Source: a virus (lineage: Duplodnaviria; Caudoviricetes). Taken from it: DNA of 64,000 nucleotides. Numbering within the stretch: the stretch's first letter is position 1; every line of letters starts with the position of its first letter. Location of the stretch: positions 7,031 to 71,030 of IMG/VR virus record IMGVR_UViG_3300026198_000001. One strand, written 5' to 3'. The position numbers and the translations under genes were made by a program. Of the stretch, positions 53,699-63,995 are shown one piece after another. The notes beneath the pieces are model-generated. The model saw only the letters and a program-made list of their open reading frames with translations, searched no databases and was not told where the DNA came from.

Positions 53699-55405
53699 TT
53701 AAAACAGGTCGGCAAGGTCAAAGCCTATCACTACCGTTGCTTGACTATGCTCGAGCGTGTTATCTGCAAAACCATACAGCAGGTGCGCCAGTTCATGCGC
53801 AAGGGTCTGATGCACACGCAGGAGGGCTTGGTAGTCATGGGCTGTTACTGTTGGGTAATCAGGTGCTTGTGCTCTATACTTGTTGAACTTAACTATCCGT
53901 CTATCTAGGTAAATCACACCCTCCGTCATCTTACATAATCCTTTTACTGCGTTCTCTTTTCGACTCAGGAGCTGGCCCGTGGTCGTGAGGTACATGTCTT
54001 GACGAAGTGTGGCTAAGCGGATGCTTCCTTCTGCTAATCCATAGTGCTTTTCAACTCGTTTCATCAGTGCCAGAAACCGTTCTTCTTTCTTGCTGAGTGG
54101 TCCTTCTTTATCAGTGACTGTAACAGTGTCCACAATGTCTGCCAGCTGACCTATCCCAGCCACTCCGTAGTAGTCAAAGGCATAATTGTACAGGCGGTTC
54201 TTTGCATACACAACAGTGAACCCAAGATACTCGGCTTTCCGTATCTCCGCTTCATAAATCGCGGCTTCTCCCGCTGGTACATAAACGAGCTTCCGTACTG
54301 TCTTGACTAGTTGCTGTAGCAATCCTACGTCCCTCAAAACACGCAAGTGAGGAACCCTGCCAGCATCTTCTATAGCATGGTGCGAGGGTGACCCCACATC
54401 TACTGGTGTACCCTCTAACGGAAGCAACTGAACCCACTTCGGGATAGTCACTTCCCCTTCCTGTTTCTCTTCTTCATCTTCATTTCCTGCAAATAGCTCA
54501 CGTGATACTCCCAAGTATTGGGCGTACTCCTCTACATTGAGGTATTGACGGATACCTTCTTCATACTGGTCGATTTCGTCATCGGTCGCTGTAACAATGA
54601 ACTCTCTGTACAACTGTTTTCCTGCTTCATCAACTGCCTTGTTCAGGCGAGACCGCTTTGCATCATAGATGAACTCTTTACGGTCAGGGGCTTTGAGTGT
54701 AACCATACCCTTCTTTATCAGGACTCTTCCAGTCATTCCTGTAACATAGTCGCTCCTTACAGGGCGGTCTTCATAAAAGTACTCAACTGTACTGTAGCCG
54801 TTCTTTGGCCTGAGTACCGCTGAGAACACTTCTGTTTCTATGAGCTTCTCACAATCCTGCTCCACAACTTCAAGCAGTGGCATACTCTTAACCAGCATAT
54901 CATTGAGCGTAACACACATAGGCAAGATAGCACCCAAGGCTTCAGCTTCTGAACGCAATGAGTAACCATCACTTGCAATCTTTTCACCTACCAGCTCAAC
55001 AACCATTCCGTCTATCATGTCAAGCCCATCCATTACTTCTATAGCCATATCCTTCGTCTCAATCATCTTGAGCACATCTACAACCAGTGACCAGTCGGCA
55101 CTTCTGACTCGGACTTCGTCTGCAATCAGGAATACACTGAAGAACCCTTCACCAAACGCCTCATCCTCATTGCCCCATGCTGACGTATTCTTTTCAAAGA
55201 GAGCCTGTGGGTCTGAACAACCAACTCCATTGTCTTTTATCACCAACCTGCCGTCTCTGCACACAATATCAATTTTCGTAGCTTTTGCTCTTTGGCAGTT
55301 CTGCAAGAGTTCATCAACTACAGTAGCTGAGTCCTTGTACACAACACCTCTTCTGATGTTCATAATATCCCCGGCTATGTTACTCCGCACCTCGACTGTT
55401 CTCAT
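53699..55405 (-). CDS. GHKL (Hsp90/MutL-type) ATPase with a C-terminal HExxH motif
   Basis: ELLQN, DNGVG, FGEGFFS; LAHELAH near the C-terminus; start placed at MRTV (55405). Confidence 0.75.
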   Translation of the reverse strand: MRTVEVRSNIAGDIMNIRRGVVYKDSATVVDELLQNCQRAKATKIDIVCRDGRLVIKDNGVGCSDPQALFEKNTSAWGNEDEAFGEGFFSVFLIADEVRVRSADWSLVVDVLKMIETKDMAIEVMDGLDMIDGMVVELVGEKIASDGYSLRSEAEALGAILPMCVTLNDMLVKSMPLLEVVEQDCEKLIETEVFSAVLRPKNGYSTVEYFYEDRPVRSDYVTGMTGRVLIKKGMVTLKAPDRKEFIYDAKRSRLNKAVDEAGKQLYREFIVTATDDEIDQYEEGIRQYLNVEEYAQYLGVSRELFAGNEDEEEKQEGEVTIPKWVQLLPLEGTPVDVGSPSHHAIEDAGRVPHLRVLRDVGLLQQLVKTVRKLVYVPAGEAAIYEAEIRKAEYLGFTVVYAKNRLYNYAFDYYGVAGIGQLADIVDTVTVTDKEGPLSKKEERFLALMKRVEKHYGLAEGSIRLATLRQDMYLTTTGQLLSRKENAVKGLCKMTEGVIYLDRRIVKFNKYRAQAPDYPTVTAHDYQALLRVHQTLAHELAHLLYGFADNTLEHSQATVVIGFDLADLF

Positions 55406-55427
55406 CTTATACCCTCCTATCTTAGTA

Positions 55428-55625
55428 CTATGCAAGGTCATCAAAGCCATTCCAAACATCTTCAGCTATAACTGTCAGATTCTCGTCAACTATCAGGCTG
55501 GCGGCTGAGTCACCATACAATTCGTGCTCGAGCAAATGCACTGTACCATGCTCCTTATCCACCTTCGTTGCTATAACATACCATGTCCCCGTGTACCCTG
55601 CTATCCGTAAACCCTCCATCTTCAT
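55428..55625 (-). CDS. Small hypothetical protein
   Basis: GTWYVI...LLEHELYGDSAA. Confidence 0.55.
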   Translation of the reverse strand: MKMEGLRIAGYTGTWYVIATKVDKEHGTVHLLEHELYGDSAASLIVDENLTVIAEDVWNGFDDLA

Positions 55626-55648
55626 CTTTTATAACCTCCCTACCATAC

Positions 55649-56074
55649 TTAATCGTTAAACCACCGAACAAGCTCTCTTGCTGTTCTGCAAGTGAACAGT
55701 GGCAGTGTGAACGCATTGCTTCTTCCATATACAGCCCAGTACACACCTTCCTCTTCATGCGGTGACTTATACGTCACGGTAAACTCTACGTTGTGAGTTT
55801 CCATATCACAGATTCTGAAGTCATCATACAGTCTACCTTGCAGTGGGCAATTGTTCTTGAAGAACACATACATACTATCAAGACTGAGTTTCGAGCTATC
55901 CTGCAACTGGATAACCACACCACCTAACCTCTTCGTTTTCTTGGCAAGTGCTGAGTCCTTGCAAAACCAGTCATACCACCCTGCCTTAATCTGTGTCTGT
56001 ACGTCATGCGAATCAAACTCACCTCTCAAGAACCGTATTCTGAACTCCCTCAGTGACATATTCTGCTCTTCCAT
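55649..56074 (-). CDS. Hypothetical protein, first gene of the early region
   Basis: GWYDWFCKD...FKNNCP...YDDFRI. Confidence 0.6.
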   Translation of the reverse strand: MEEQNMSLREFRIRFLRGEFDSHDVQTQIKAGWYDWFCKDSALAKKTKRLGGVVIQLQDSSKLSLDSMYVFFKNNCPLQGRLYDDFRICDMETHNVEFTVTYKSPHEEEGVYWAVYGRSNAFTLPLFTCRTARELVRWFND

Positions 56075-56113
56075 TTTTATGGCATCTCCTTCCGATTTTT
56101 AATGTTTTCTTTT

Positions 56114-56142
56114 ATCTTATCGTATAATGTGTTCTTTGTCAA
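56114..56142 (-). promoter_or_regulatory. sigmaA promoter repeat
   Basis: TTGACA AAGAACACATTATACGA TAAGAT, followed by AAAAGAAAAC. Confidence 0.8.
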
Positions 56143-56394
56143 GCATAATATTACTGATGAGCAAGGTTTTTTATTTGCTTAGTTCTTCTGAAAAGGGTAG
56201 GTGTAATAGGTATAGGGACAGTCAAAAGATTCATTAGAGAGCAAAATAGAAGGCGGTCTTTAGTCAAGAAGTAGTGGGCAGTATAGCCATTTTGCCATCC
56301 GAAGTTCAACTATTTTGAGCTTACGGACTTCTTATGAGCTTCTGGGACATGCTTTTTTATCAAAGTAGCTCGTATTTTACAGTATAAAGCATGG

Positions 56395-56432
56395 AAATAA
56401 AAAGCCCTGTCAGGCATAACTAACAGGGCTTT
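56395..56432 (-). terminator. Rho-independent terminator after the lysis cassette
   Basis: AAAGCCCTGT...ACAGGGCTTT followed by TTATTT on the minus strand. Confidence 0.8.
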
Positions 56433-56475
56433 CGCAGAAACCTACCTATTATATTCGGCGTTGTGATGGCTCAGG

Positions 56476-56859
56476 TCATTCCTCAAAGTCAAACTCTACA
56501 GCCTCACTCCATGCTTCTCCAAACTCAACCTTCAAGGCTTTAACACTGGCTTCAATCATACTACGTAATTCATCAGCAGTTACAGTCATTCCTTTTTCCA
56601 TCATCCAAGTCGATGCGGTTTCCAGAGCAATCGAGTACTTCTGTTCCCCATCATACTTTTCGTAGACCTGCTGGACAAACAGTACGACAACGTCTACTAT
56701 GGCTTGCTTGTTCGTTAGCTCAGCGTTTAACTTCTTCATGGTCTCTACGCCAAGCATCTTCTTAACATAGGCTATTACAAACGTTATGAGGACGATTCCA
56801 ACGACTATCAGTAGGTCCATCAGTGCGTTCAATAACATTGCAGTCAGTTCTTGACTCAT
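56476..56859 (-). CDS. Holin, LL-H-like
   Basis: N-terminal TM helix; VVLFVQQ...GEQKY..A...IEASVK. Confidence 0.75.
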   Translation of the reverse strand: MSQELTAMLLNALMDLLIVVGIVLITFVIAYVKKMLGVETMKKLNAELTNKQAIVDVVVLFVQQVYEKYDGEQKYSIALETASTWMMEKGMTVTADELRSMIEASVKALKVEFGEAWSEAVEFDFEE

Positions 56860-57104
56860 ACGTCATCCCTCTCTTTCGCTACGACATCTCCCAGACTAAC
56901 AACCGACTTGTGCTTTATCTTAGTCCTCTTAATCTTACCCAGTGCCCAAAGCTCACCTGTCGTGAAAGCAAACCATGCGGCAACTGTTGCTGTTGGCTCC
57001 TGTGACGTTTTGTAGAACAACCACAAAACTATACCTACAAATGGTACGTTCATCAGGATAACTAGCCATACGATTTTCTTTGAAAACTGCTCCATAGAAC
57101 TCAC
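56856..57104 (-). CDS. Small two-TM membrane protein (lysis accessory)
   Basis: Hydrophobic helices; basic C-terminus. Confidence 0.55.
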   Translation of the reverse strand: MSSMEQFSKKIVWLVILMNVPFVGIVLWLFYKTSQEPTATVAAWFAFTTGELWALGKIKRTKIKHKSVVSLGDVVAKERDDV

Positions 57105-57108
57105 CCTC

Positions 57109-57867
57109 TTACTCTGTTGGTATAACTAGTTTCTGACCAACAAATATCAGATTCGCATTCTTGATACCATTTACTTCTGCAATCTTCTTCCATGTGACTC
57201 CCTTGTACTTTTTAGCAATCGCACTCAAGGTGTCACCTCTCTGGACTGTATATACAATGCGTTCAGCAGGCACTACTGGCTGTGCTGGCATAACTACTTC
57301 AGGCTTCTTGGCTAAGCCAGCCTTAACATCAGCCCTCAGTGTATCCATACTTTTGCCATGACGGTAGAACCAGTGGTGCACATCTGCATGGTTACTACCA
57401 AGCCCCAACCTACTTGCTTCATAATGGTCGATTATCATTTTCTCGTCAAAGCCATACTCCTTACATAGCATGATACAGACTTCAACTATGTTTGCATATA
57501 CTTTATCAAAATAAGGTTTCATCTTTACTACATCATACCCGACCATCGTTGCCCCGCCACTATACCTAAAACCGGCAGGCTCACACATTTCTATACCAAT
57601 ATATCGGTTGTTTCCTTCTCCTCCGCAATGCCAACCTCGGTGATTCCACGGCAAGTACTGCCATAACTCTCTATCATCTACAAATGCATGTACGCAGACC
57701 TGTCTATTCGTCTCACCTTTGCGAAATGACTTGTTCCAACGGTCGAACCAAGAAGCCGCCATTACACCGGGCGTTGCAGTGCTATGAACCATGATACCTT
57801 TTGGAACAATCTTACGATTCGCAGTATAACAGTCATTCCTTGTCATGTACCTTACATGAACTTCCAT
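57109..57867 (-). CDS. Endolysin: N-acetylmuramoyl-L-alanine amidase (amidase_2) + LysM
   Basis: IMVHSTA, HAFVD, GWHCG, IGIEMCE, HADV; [16 protein letters not shown] LysM. Confidence 0.92.
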   Translation of the reverse strand: MEVHVRYMTRNDCYTANRKIVPKGIMVHSTATPGVMAASWFDRWNKSFRKGETNRQVCVHAFVDDRELWQYLPWNHRGWHCGGEGNNRYIGIEMCEPAGFRYSGGATMVGYDVVKMKPYFDKVYANIVEVCIMLCKEYGFDEKMIIDHYEASRLGLGSNHADVHHWFYRHGKSMDTLRADVKAGLAKKPEVVMPAQPVVPAERIVYTVQRGDTLSAIAKKYKGVTWKKIAEVNGIKNANLIFVGQKLVIPTE

Positions 57868-57882
57868 GCTACAACCTCCTCC

Positions 57883-58350
57883 CTAACCATACGGTTTACC
57901 AAACATGTTCAGGCGTTCACTGACACGAATAGCTTCCATATATGCTTTGTGTATAATATCACTATTCTCCTTAGCGGTGCATTCTGTTCTGTTGCACTGC
58001 TCTATCAGCATATTCAGTGCCGTGGCTATTTGCTCATCATTCTTATACCTTGCTTCCATAATGATGTTGTTTCTTTCAATCACCTCATTCCCACGCTTCT
58101 GTGCTTCGACACCTTGCTGTGCTACTGTAATGATAATCTGCATCTGTTCATCATACTGTGCTTGCCTTTTTTCGTAGTACTCCTGCTGTCGTTTTTCAAA
58201 TGCCTGATTATGTGCTATGTACCCTTTTATCGAATCAGGCAGGATATTACTCACTCTCCAGATGATGTACAGTGTGCCACCTGCAATTACCAGTGGCAAC
58301 CCAATGTCGGCAACCATTGTCAGCAATGCTGATACGTCCTTTACAGCCAT
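57883..58350 (-). CDS. Holin-like protein (single TM + coiled coil)
   Basis: DIGLPLVIAGGTLYIIWR; precedes the endolysin. Confidence 0.55.
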   Translation of the reverse strand: MAVKDVSALLTMVADIGLPLVIAGGTLYIIWRVSNILPDSIKGYIAHNQAFEKRQQEYYEKRQAQYDEQMQIIITVAQQGVEAQKRGNEVIERNNIIMEARYKNDEQIATALNMLIEQCNRTECTAKENSDIIHKAYMEAIRVSERLNMFGKPYG

Positions 58351-58420
58351 CGGCCAACCCCCTAACCTAACAGTTTCATATCAACCACCCCTTGCATAGT
58401 CATACCTGTTCTGTCAACCC

Positions 58421-60043
58421 CTATACAGCTCTTAGAATGTAGTAGTCAAAACCAACATCAGCAGTTTCAATCTGCGTACTTGTAACTGTGAACGAGCCTT
58501 GCCCTGCAACAACTGACCAAACACCTAACGAAGCCCCACTCGTCACATTGACAATAACTAAACTATCTGGCGTACAGAATATCTCTGAAACAACCTGTGT
58601 TGTCCCATCTGCTGTCCCTACAAACGTGGACGCACCTTTCCTTGTGTACGTGTTCGCATTTGCCACTGGCGGGGGGTCTCCATCATAATAAGCGAGTGCT
58701 CTTGACCCACCAATGTCAATCTTCCCAATGTAGTCTGTCAACCTACCACTCCCAAGTCTGCCACCACTGTCCACCGTAAAGTCAGTATACATTCCTGCCT
58801 TCCCAAATCGGTGTGACACCTCCGTTATCAGACCAAGACTTACATGCGAAGTGCCATCTTCTTCAACTATTGTTGCTCCGTCTCCTGTTAACAGGTATGG
58901 TCTGAACGGGCCAGTGAACTTTTCAATCTTACCCATGCTTTCCATGCGTTCAGCCAGATTCTCAGCATACAAAGTAGCATCCTCACTAGACATACCCTCT
59001 GGTATCTGGACGAACAGAGTCTTCTTGCTTTTAACGTCCCACCCAATATATGCGGCAACCTCCTTGAACACACAAATCTTAAAATCAGAGTCGTGGACAC
59101 ATACTTGACTGCATACATACTGGTCATCCATTGCGATTTCTCGACTGAATATATCATGCCCTCGATGGAACGTGTACATTGAGTTCTGTACGAAACCAGC
59201 ATAGTTACTTGCCCCTACTACAATTTTCCCGTCTACACGTTCACCTATCTGCCAGTCAATCGACAGCTTGATGACTTCCTGTATCGCAGACAGTATATCT
59301 GTATCTGGCTTGAATCTAAACGAGTTCTCCTTGACTGATGTCTGAATCAAAAAGTCATTCGATGCCAAACCAGCATGCTCAAACAACTCCGCTAAGTTCA
59401 ACAACATATTCTTCTTGGTCAGGGACAGCTTCATATTCATGGTCTGGTCTTTCAGTACCTTGCCTATCCTGTTCCTTCCCTCAACTGCGGCTGTGAGTTC
59501 CCCAACTTTGAAACTTGACCTGTCTACATAGAAAACACCCATATCATACGGGAACGAATCACCTGAGCGAAATCTGAACACAACTTTTGACCCGGGCTTC
59601 ATCAAGGTCTCCAGCTCGCCAACCACAGCATAGTCATATCGCTCCCAAGCATCCTTCGGGTTCTCCAGTGTCAGTGTAAACGAGCTGACTGGCGTATCCA
59701 TTGTATGCATTATCTTGCCCTCACTCAGAAACTCATCAAGGCTATACTGGAACTCATACAATATCATCTTCTGCTTGTTCCCTGTGACATAACTGCCAAA
59801 TGCACCCCATGCCGACAATGAATCAATCTTAAACATGGTCATACCATCATCAGGACCAACAAGAATTACATCCCCAAGGGTACGGTCAACCCAGTCACCA
59901 TTAGGCGTGCTAGTGGTCTTAGCATAGAGCTTACCATCTAATGGGTCAATATACAGAAGCTGAGCCTCATTGTCCCAATAATGCAGTACATCAGGGCACT
60001 TCCCTGTGCCTAATGCTTCCACTTCATAGAACGTAAACTGCAT
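58421..60043 (-). CDS. Tail/baseplate hub-like protein
   Basis: MGVFYVDRSSF..G...VEGRN; FTGPFRPYLLTGD...GLITEVSHRFG. Confidence 0.65.
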   Translation of the reverse strand: MQFTFYEVEALGTGKCPDVLHYWDNEAQLLYIDPLDGKLYAKTTSTPNGDWVDRTLGDVILVGPDDGMTMFKIDSLSAWGAFGSYVTGNKQKMILYEFQYSLDEFLSEGKIMHTMDTPVSSFTLTLENPKDAWERYDYAVVGELETLMKPGSKVVFRFRSGDSFPYDMGVFYVDRSSFKVGELTAAVEGRNRIGKVLKDQTMNMKLSLTKKNMLLNLAELFEHAGLASNDFLIQTSVKENSFRFKPDTDILSAIQEVIKLSIDWQIGERVDGKIVVGASNYAGFVQNSMYTFHRGHDIFSREIAMDDQYVCSQVCVHDSDFKICVFKEVAAYIGWDVKSKKTLFVQIPEGMSSEDATLYAENLAERMESMGKIEKFTGPFRPYLLTGDGATIVEEDGTSHVSLGLITEVSHRFGKAGMYTDFTVDSGGRLGSGRLTDYIGKIDIGGSRALAYYDGDPPPVANANTYTRKGASTFVGTADGTTQVVSEIFCTPDSLVIVNVTSGASLGVWSVVAGQGSFTVTSTQIETADVGFDYYILRAV

Positions 60044-60059
60044 GCTACTACCCCCTTAG

Positions 60060-60224
60060 CTAACCTTCCTCTGGTTCTTCAATAGGCTCTTCTGGTACTT
60101 CCTCTTTTTCAGGGAATCCAGTCACGTCATGTACCTTTTTGCAGTCAATACAGGCTACAGTATCCCGAGCAGTCTCGAAACTAAAATACTTCCCACACAT
60201 ACAAACAATAGACCCTACTTTCAT
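60060..60224 (-). CDS. Small Zn-ribbon protein (tail assembly chaperone-like)
   Basis: CMCG...CIDC with an acidic tail; start placed at MKVG. Confidence 0.5.
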   Translation of the reverse strand: MKVGSIVCMCGKYFSFETARDTVACIDCKKVHDVTGFPEKEEVPEEPIEEPEEG

Positions 60225-60225
60225 C

Positions 60226-61746
60226 TTACACACCCTCCCCAAATAATATCGTAAACGTAACATCTAAGACATAATTCTCGTTCTTCGGTATATAATCCAC
60301 CGTGTAGTCAGCCGTAATCGCCACTCCATTATCAGGTGGTGTATCGAACGTAATACAAGGGGATACCTCTACAGCACTTGATGGTATAACCCTAAAAATA
60401 TATCCAGTATAACCGTAATTACCACTAATAGTATCTATCTTTAGATAGGGATAGTGCGTAAGGAACGTACATACGCGAACCGTGGAAGAAATACCCGCAC
60501 TATAATGCACCTGCGTCCAGTTAACTCCGTCAGCCGAACCAGATATACGTAAAGTTGGCTGTTCACCAGTTGAGGAATATCCTGCTTCTATCTTGTATCC
60601 TGTTAAATCTGCAACATTAACCTTAAAAACACTACTTGACGTACCCATACTAACCTCATATAGAGAACTAGCCTTGTTAGTACCCAATATACCGTGTAAG
60701 AGTAGTCCTGCATCAGCACCCAGTATGGTTCCATCATATGAGAAATCTATAATCTCACCGAGACCAAGATACCCAGAGTCAGCTCTAGCAAACTTAGTCG
60801 TAAGGTCTGTTGTGACTACATCATTAACTTTAACAGTCAACCCACTTACATCAACATTTGGGAAAGCAAACTTAGTCTTTACACCGTCTCCTGTACCAAT
60901 AACAACACCCGTAAAAGACTTACTTGTGAACACTGCTGTCTCTGGCAAGACTACACGAGCCATCTGCCATAATGCCACCTCACGTATGCCATACGGATTA
61001 TTGCACTCAGCGGTGGCAATACGTTTCGTATAGCTACGTGTCTTTGCACCATCATTATACACAGCTGTAATAGCAGTGGTTCTGAACTGTGTGGCTAAAC
61101 AACACCCAAAGGGCTGTACAAGAGGGCTTTGTCCTAAACTAATGTAACCTGTGTATGAACTCCCAGCTACTAAGTATTCAATTAAACTATTTCGTTCAAC
61201 AGGTGGTCTAGCCCACGTAAAGCGGGTGCTTGTGTCAACCAGCTCTATATAAACCGTAGCGTAAATAATCACCAAGTCATACTGTAACTTGAGTATCGAA
61301 ATCTCATGCCCTTCGGCATCTGTGAGTACTGCATGCGTATTAACATAGCTACTTGCAGGATTTGTACTAGAGGTCTCACTTATCCCAACTTCCGTAATGT
61401 TCGCACCCACAAATTCTTCTGGTAGCAGTTCAATCCTCTTAGTCACACTACTTGTTGGAAATGCCCGCACAATCGTATCTGCTATAGCATCTTTATAGCC
61501 AATGGTCTGTGTATTCGCCGCATTCCTAATTTCAGCGAACAGCGTAGTCCTTGCTGGGTCCAACGTGCCAATACCATTGCCAAAGTGAATCTTCGTAAAA
61601 TACGTAGCAAACTGTGTAATCCTTGTATACATACGGTCAAGAATGATATTCTCAGCCTGTGCTCTTTGCCTGACCTCTCCAGTTCTAACATCAATGACTT
61701 CTATGTCAAATCTGTTATGAAACTTAACTCTTCCTTCATAGTTCAT
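60226..61746 (-). CDS. Tail fibre/baseplate protein
   Basis: Fibre-anchor N-terminus (GTLDPARTTLF...EVG); GTGDG...PPDNGVAITADY beta-sandwich with an insert. Confidence 0.65.
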   Translation of the reverse strand: MNYEGRVKFHNRFDIEVIDVRTGEVRQRAQAENIILDRMYTRITQFATYFTKIHFGNGIGTLDPARTTLFAEIRNAANTQTIGYKDAIADTIVRAFPTSSVTKRIELLPEEFVGANITEVGISETSSTNPASSYVNTHAVLTDAEGHEISILKLQYDLVIIYATVYIELVDTSTRFTWARPPVERNSLIEYLVAGSSYTGYISLGQSPLVQPFGCCLATQFRTTAITAVYNDGAKTRSYTKRIATAECNNPYGIREVALWQMARVVLPETAVFTSKSFTGVVIGTGDGVKTKFAFPNVDVSGLTVKVNDVVTTDLTTKFARADSGYLGLGEIIDFSYDGTILGADAGLLLHGILGTNKASSLYEVSMGTSSSVFKVNVADLTGYKIEAGYSSTGEQPTLRISGSADGVNWTQVHYSAGISSTVRVCTFLTHYPYLKIDTISGNYGYTGYIFRVIPSSAVEVSPCITFDTPPDNGVAITADYTVDYIPKNENYVLDVTFTILFGEGV

Positions 61747-61772
61747 ACAACTACCTCCTTCTCAGTCTTGCT

Positions 61773-63128
61773 CTACGGTGCAGACGGGTTTATCTTTTCA
61801 AAGTTCACAACTAAGTACATCTCTGCTGTAATCGTTTCTTCCTCATACATTCTGGTATACCAGATTGCTAAAAAGTCCAATGCAACATCTATCTCTGCAA
61901 CAATGTCAATGTTGTGCCCCACATCAGGTCGTGGTGACAGACCATCTGGTGTAACCACCTGACTGAAGCTTGCAACAGGACCACCTAATCCTCTCAGATT
62001 TCCTTTGGTCGCATCATATGCAACTGTCAAGGTATCCTCAACATCATTAAAGCGGTCATACGGGTCTATATCTATTACTAGCCCTTTCATCGGGTCAAGT
62101 ACATCCACTAATTTCAAGCTGATTACTACTGGCACTACAGCAGGCGTTGTTGCTGTAAGTGTAACCTGTACCCACAAGTAGTACCCTGTCAAGTCCCCTG
62201 CTGGTAAATCTGCTACAGGGTCTCCACTGTCATGTGCCGTAAAGACTGTTGGAACAATCAGCTCCTGTGTTACTGGGTCACGTTCATTTGAAATCGCTGT
62301 CTTTACCTCGACTGTTGTGCCCTCTGGGTCAATAGCTGTGTACTTCAACCCATAACCTCTTTCTAAGAGGAACTCTTTCCTACTCTGCCACGTAGCTAGA
62401 CTAATCGGGTGAGTCAGATACCTTCCTACGAGCAGAGTTGCAGGGTCTTCTATTACTAAAGAACCATCTTGCACAACTGCATTCGTGAAAGTTCCAACAC
62501 TAAAGTCGTCATCCAAATACACACTTGGCATAGACCGCTGTGACACACCAATTGCATCATAAGTCACATCTAGTAAAGGACCATCAGGGACATACTTACG
62601 TTGCTGTCCTGAGACAATAAACGCCTCTTCATTTCCAACTGGAGTCGCTTCCCAGATGCTTAACGTATAGGGTCTTGTGTACGAACTGCTGTTTCTACTT
62701 GTAAAAGTCAATCTTATGTATCTACAAGTACGTGGTATACCGAACGTATCACTGTACGTGGCAGTCATTGTCCCACTTACGTAGGTCTCCCATGTGTCAC
62801 CGTCAAGCGAACCTTCTATCGTGTAGTTCTTACCAAAGTACGAAGTGTGCTGTATACAGGTGAAGCCATATACCAATCTACTCTGTCCTAAGTCCAGCGT
62901 AGCAATAAATGGAAGTGCATTACTTGTTATAGCCCAATACGTAGTATCATTACCATCTACTAAGCGTTCAGGATACGTCCCTACGTTTACTGTAACAGCA
63001 CACCCACGAGCATAATCAGTTGTACCTGTCTTGTAGCCACCACGTGGAACTGGGGTCAGTCCAGTAACATCACCAACTAATTTTTCGGTAAAATACAAAG
63101 CTACCTTTGTTCCAAAGTCTTTACTCAT
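61773..63128 (-). CDS. Tail protein with an F5/8 type C (discoidin) carbohydrate-binding domain
   Basis: RLVDGNDTTYW...LDLG...IEGSLDGDTW...CRYIRLTF. Confidence 0.75.
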   Translation of the reverse strand: MSKDFGTKVALYFTEKLVGDVTGLTPVPRGGYKTGTTDYARGCAVTVNVGTYPERLVDGNDTTYWAITSNALPFIATLDLGQSRLVYGFTCIQHTSYFGKNYTIEGSLDGDTWETYVSGTMTATYSDTFGIPRTCRYIRLTFTSRNSSSYTRPYTLSIWEATPVGNEEAFIVSGQQRKYVPDGPLLDVTYDAIGVSQRSMPSVYLDDDFSVGTFTNAVVQDGSLVIEDPATLLVGRYLTHPISLATWQSRKEFLLERGYGLKYTAIDPEGTTVEVKTAISNERDPVTQELIVPTVFTAHDSGDPVADLPAGDLTGYYLWVQVTLTATTPAVVPVVISLKLVDVLDPMKGLVIDIDPYDRFNDVEDTLTVAYDATKGNLRGLGGPVASFSQVVTPDGLSPRPDVGHNIDIVAEIDVALDFLAIWYTRMYEEETITAEMYLVVNFEKINPSAP

Positions 63129-63143
63129 GCTGGACTCATCTCC

Positions 63144-63995
63144 TTACTCATTCCAACCATCCACAGGGGTCGGTGGGTCTATTGGAACAGGGTCTAAACC
63201 AGTCGGCGTAAATGAGTTTATACCATTCAATGTCGTAATTGCGTATCCTGCATCATTCGTTGTAACAGTTCGTGTGTACACTATTCGCATATCACCATAA
63301 GCGTTGTTGAAATCACTTACATAAAACAGGACGTGGTCACCGTTGTTAATCAGATTCTCTACAACGTATCCAGTGTCCCATTCGTCCATAAACATAACTT
63401 CAGACAACGACAGATTATTTAATTGCTGGTCAATATCCATTCTAATAACAAGACCATAGTCACCATTGCCATCATCTATATTAGCTAAGCTTGTTACTTC
63501 AACATAAGGCTGACCCCACAAATATGCCAAGTCACAAGAAACTTCAGGTGTAATCGTTTCGCCTTCGTACATTCTTGTTGTCTTTATCTCAACGAAGTCT
63601 ATGCTGGCAGAAAGCATAGCCAAAATCGTATCAGACTCAATAGCCATGCCACCCCAGCATCTAGTCGTTATGTACCAGTACATGGCTCCTGTACTGTCTT
63701 CAATGGCAAAGCCCAGTCGGTAATCATTGGTCAGGAACAGGTTCACACTTACTGCACTGCCAGTAAAGTCGGTCACCTCCCGAGCTACCTCCCATACTGT
63801 CGTGCCATCACTTTGCCGACAATAGCCGCTGTACCAAACTGTGCCATCAGTCTTTATGTAGGCAACTACTATACCTTGGTCATCTGTAGGAATAACAGTA
63901 CTCTTCCATCCACGCAAAGCTACACACTTAACTACGTCTGCACTCGCTATCTGGACTAGACTTGTAGCATCATGCCAAATCTGTGCCTTTAACAT
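63144..63995 (-). CDS. Tail/baseplate structural protein
   Basis: DQGIVVAYIKTDGTVWY...W; beta-rich; tail gene context. Confidence 0.55.
   Translation of the reverse strand: MLKAQIWHDATSLVQIASADVVKCVALRGWKSTVIPTDDQGIVVAYIKTDGTVWYSGYCRQSDGTTVWEVAREVTDFTGSAVSVNLFLTNDYRLGFAIEDSTGAMYWYITTRCWGGMAIESDTILAMLSASIDFVEIKTTRMYEGETITPEVSCDLAYLWGQPYVEVTSLANIDDGNGDYGLVIRMDIDQQLNNLSLSEVMFMDEWDTGYVVENLINNGDHVLFYVSDFNNAYGDMRIVYTRTVTTNDAGYAITTLNGINSFTPTGLDPVPIDPPTPVDGWNE

Noticed and set aside
55425-55436. Third copy of the late motif (TTGCATAGTA)
   Set aside because: Only a partial match, explained by the upstream gene's last codons and TAG stop.
58385-58417. TTGACA upstream of the lysis cassette as a sigmaA or late promoter
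   Set aside because: No -10 at 16-18 bp, and the CATAG-like sequence is on the opposite strand.
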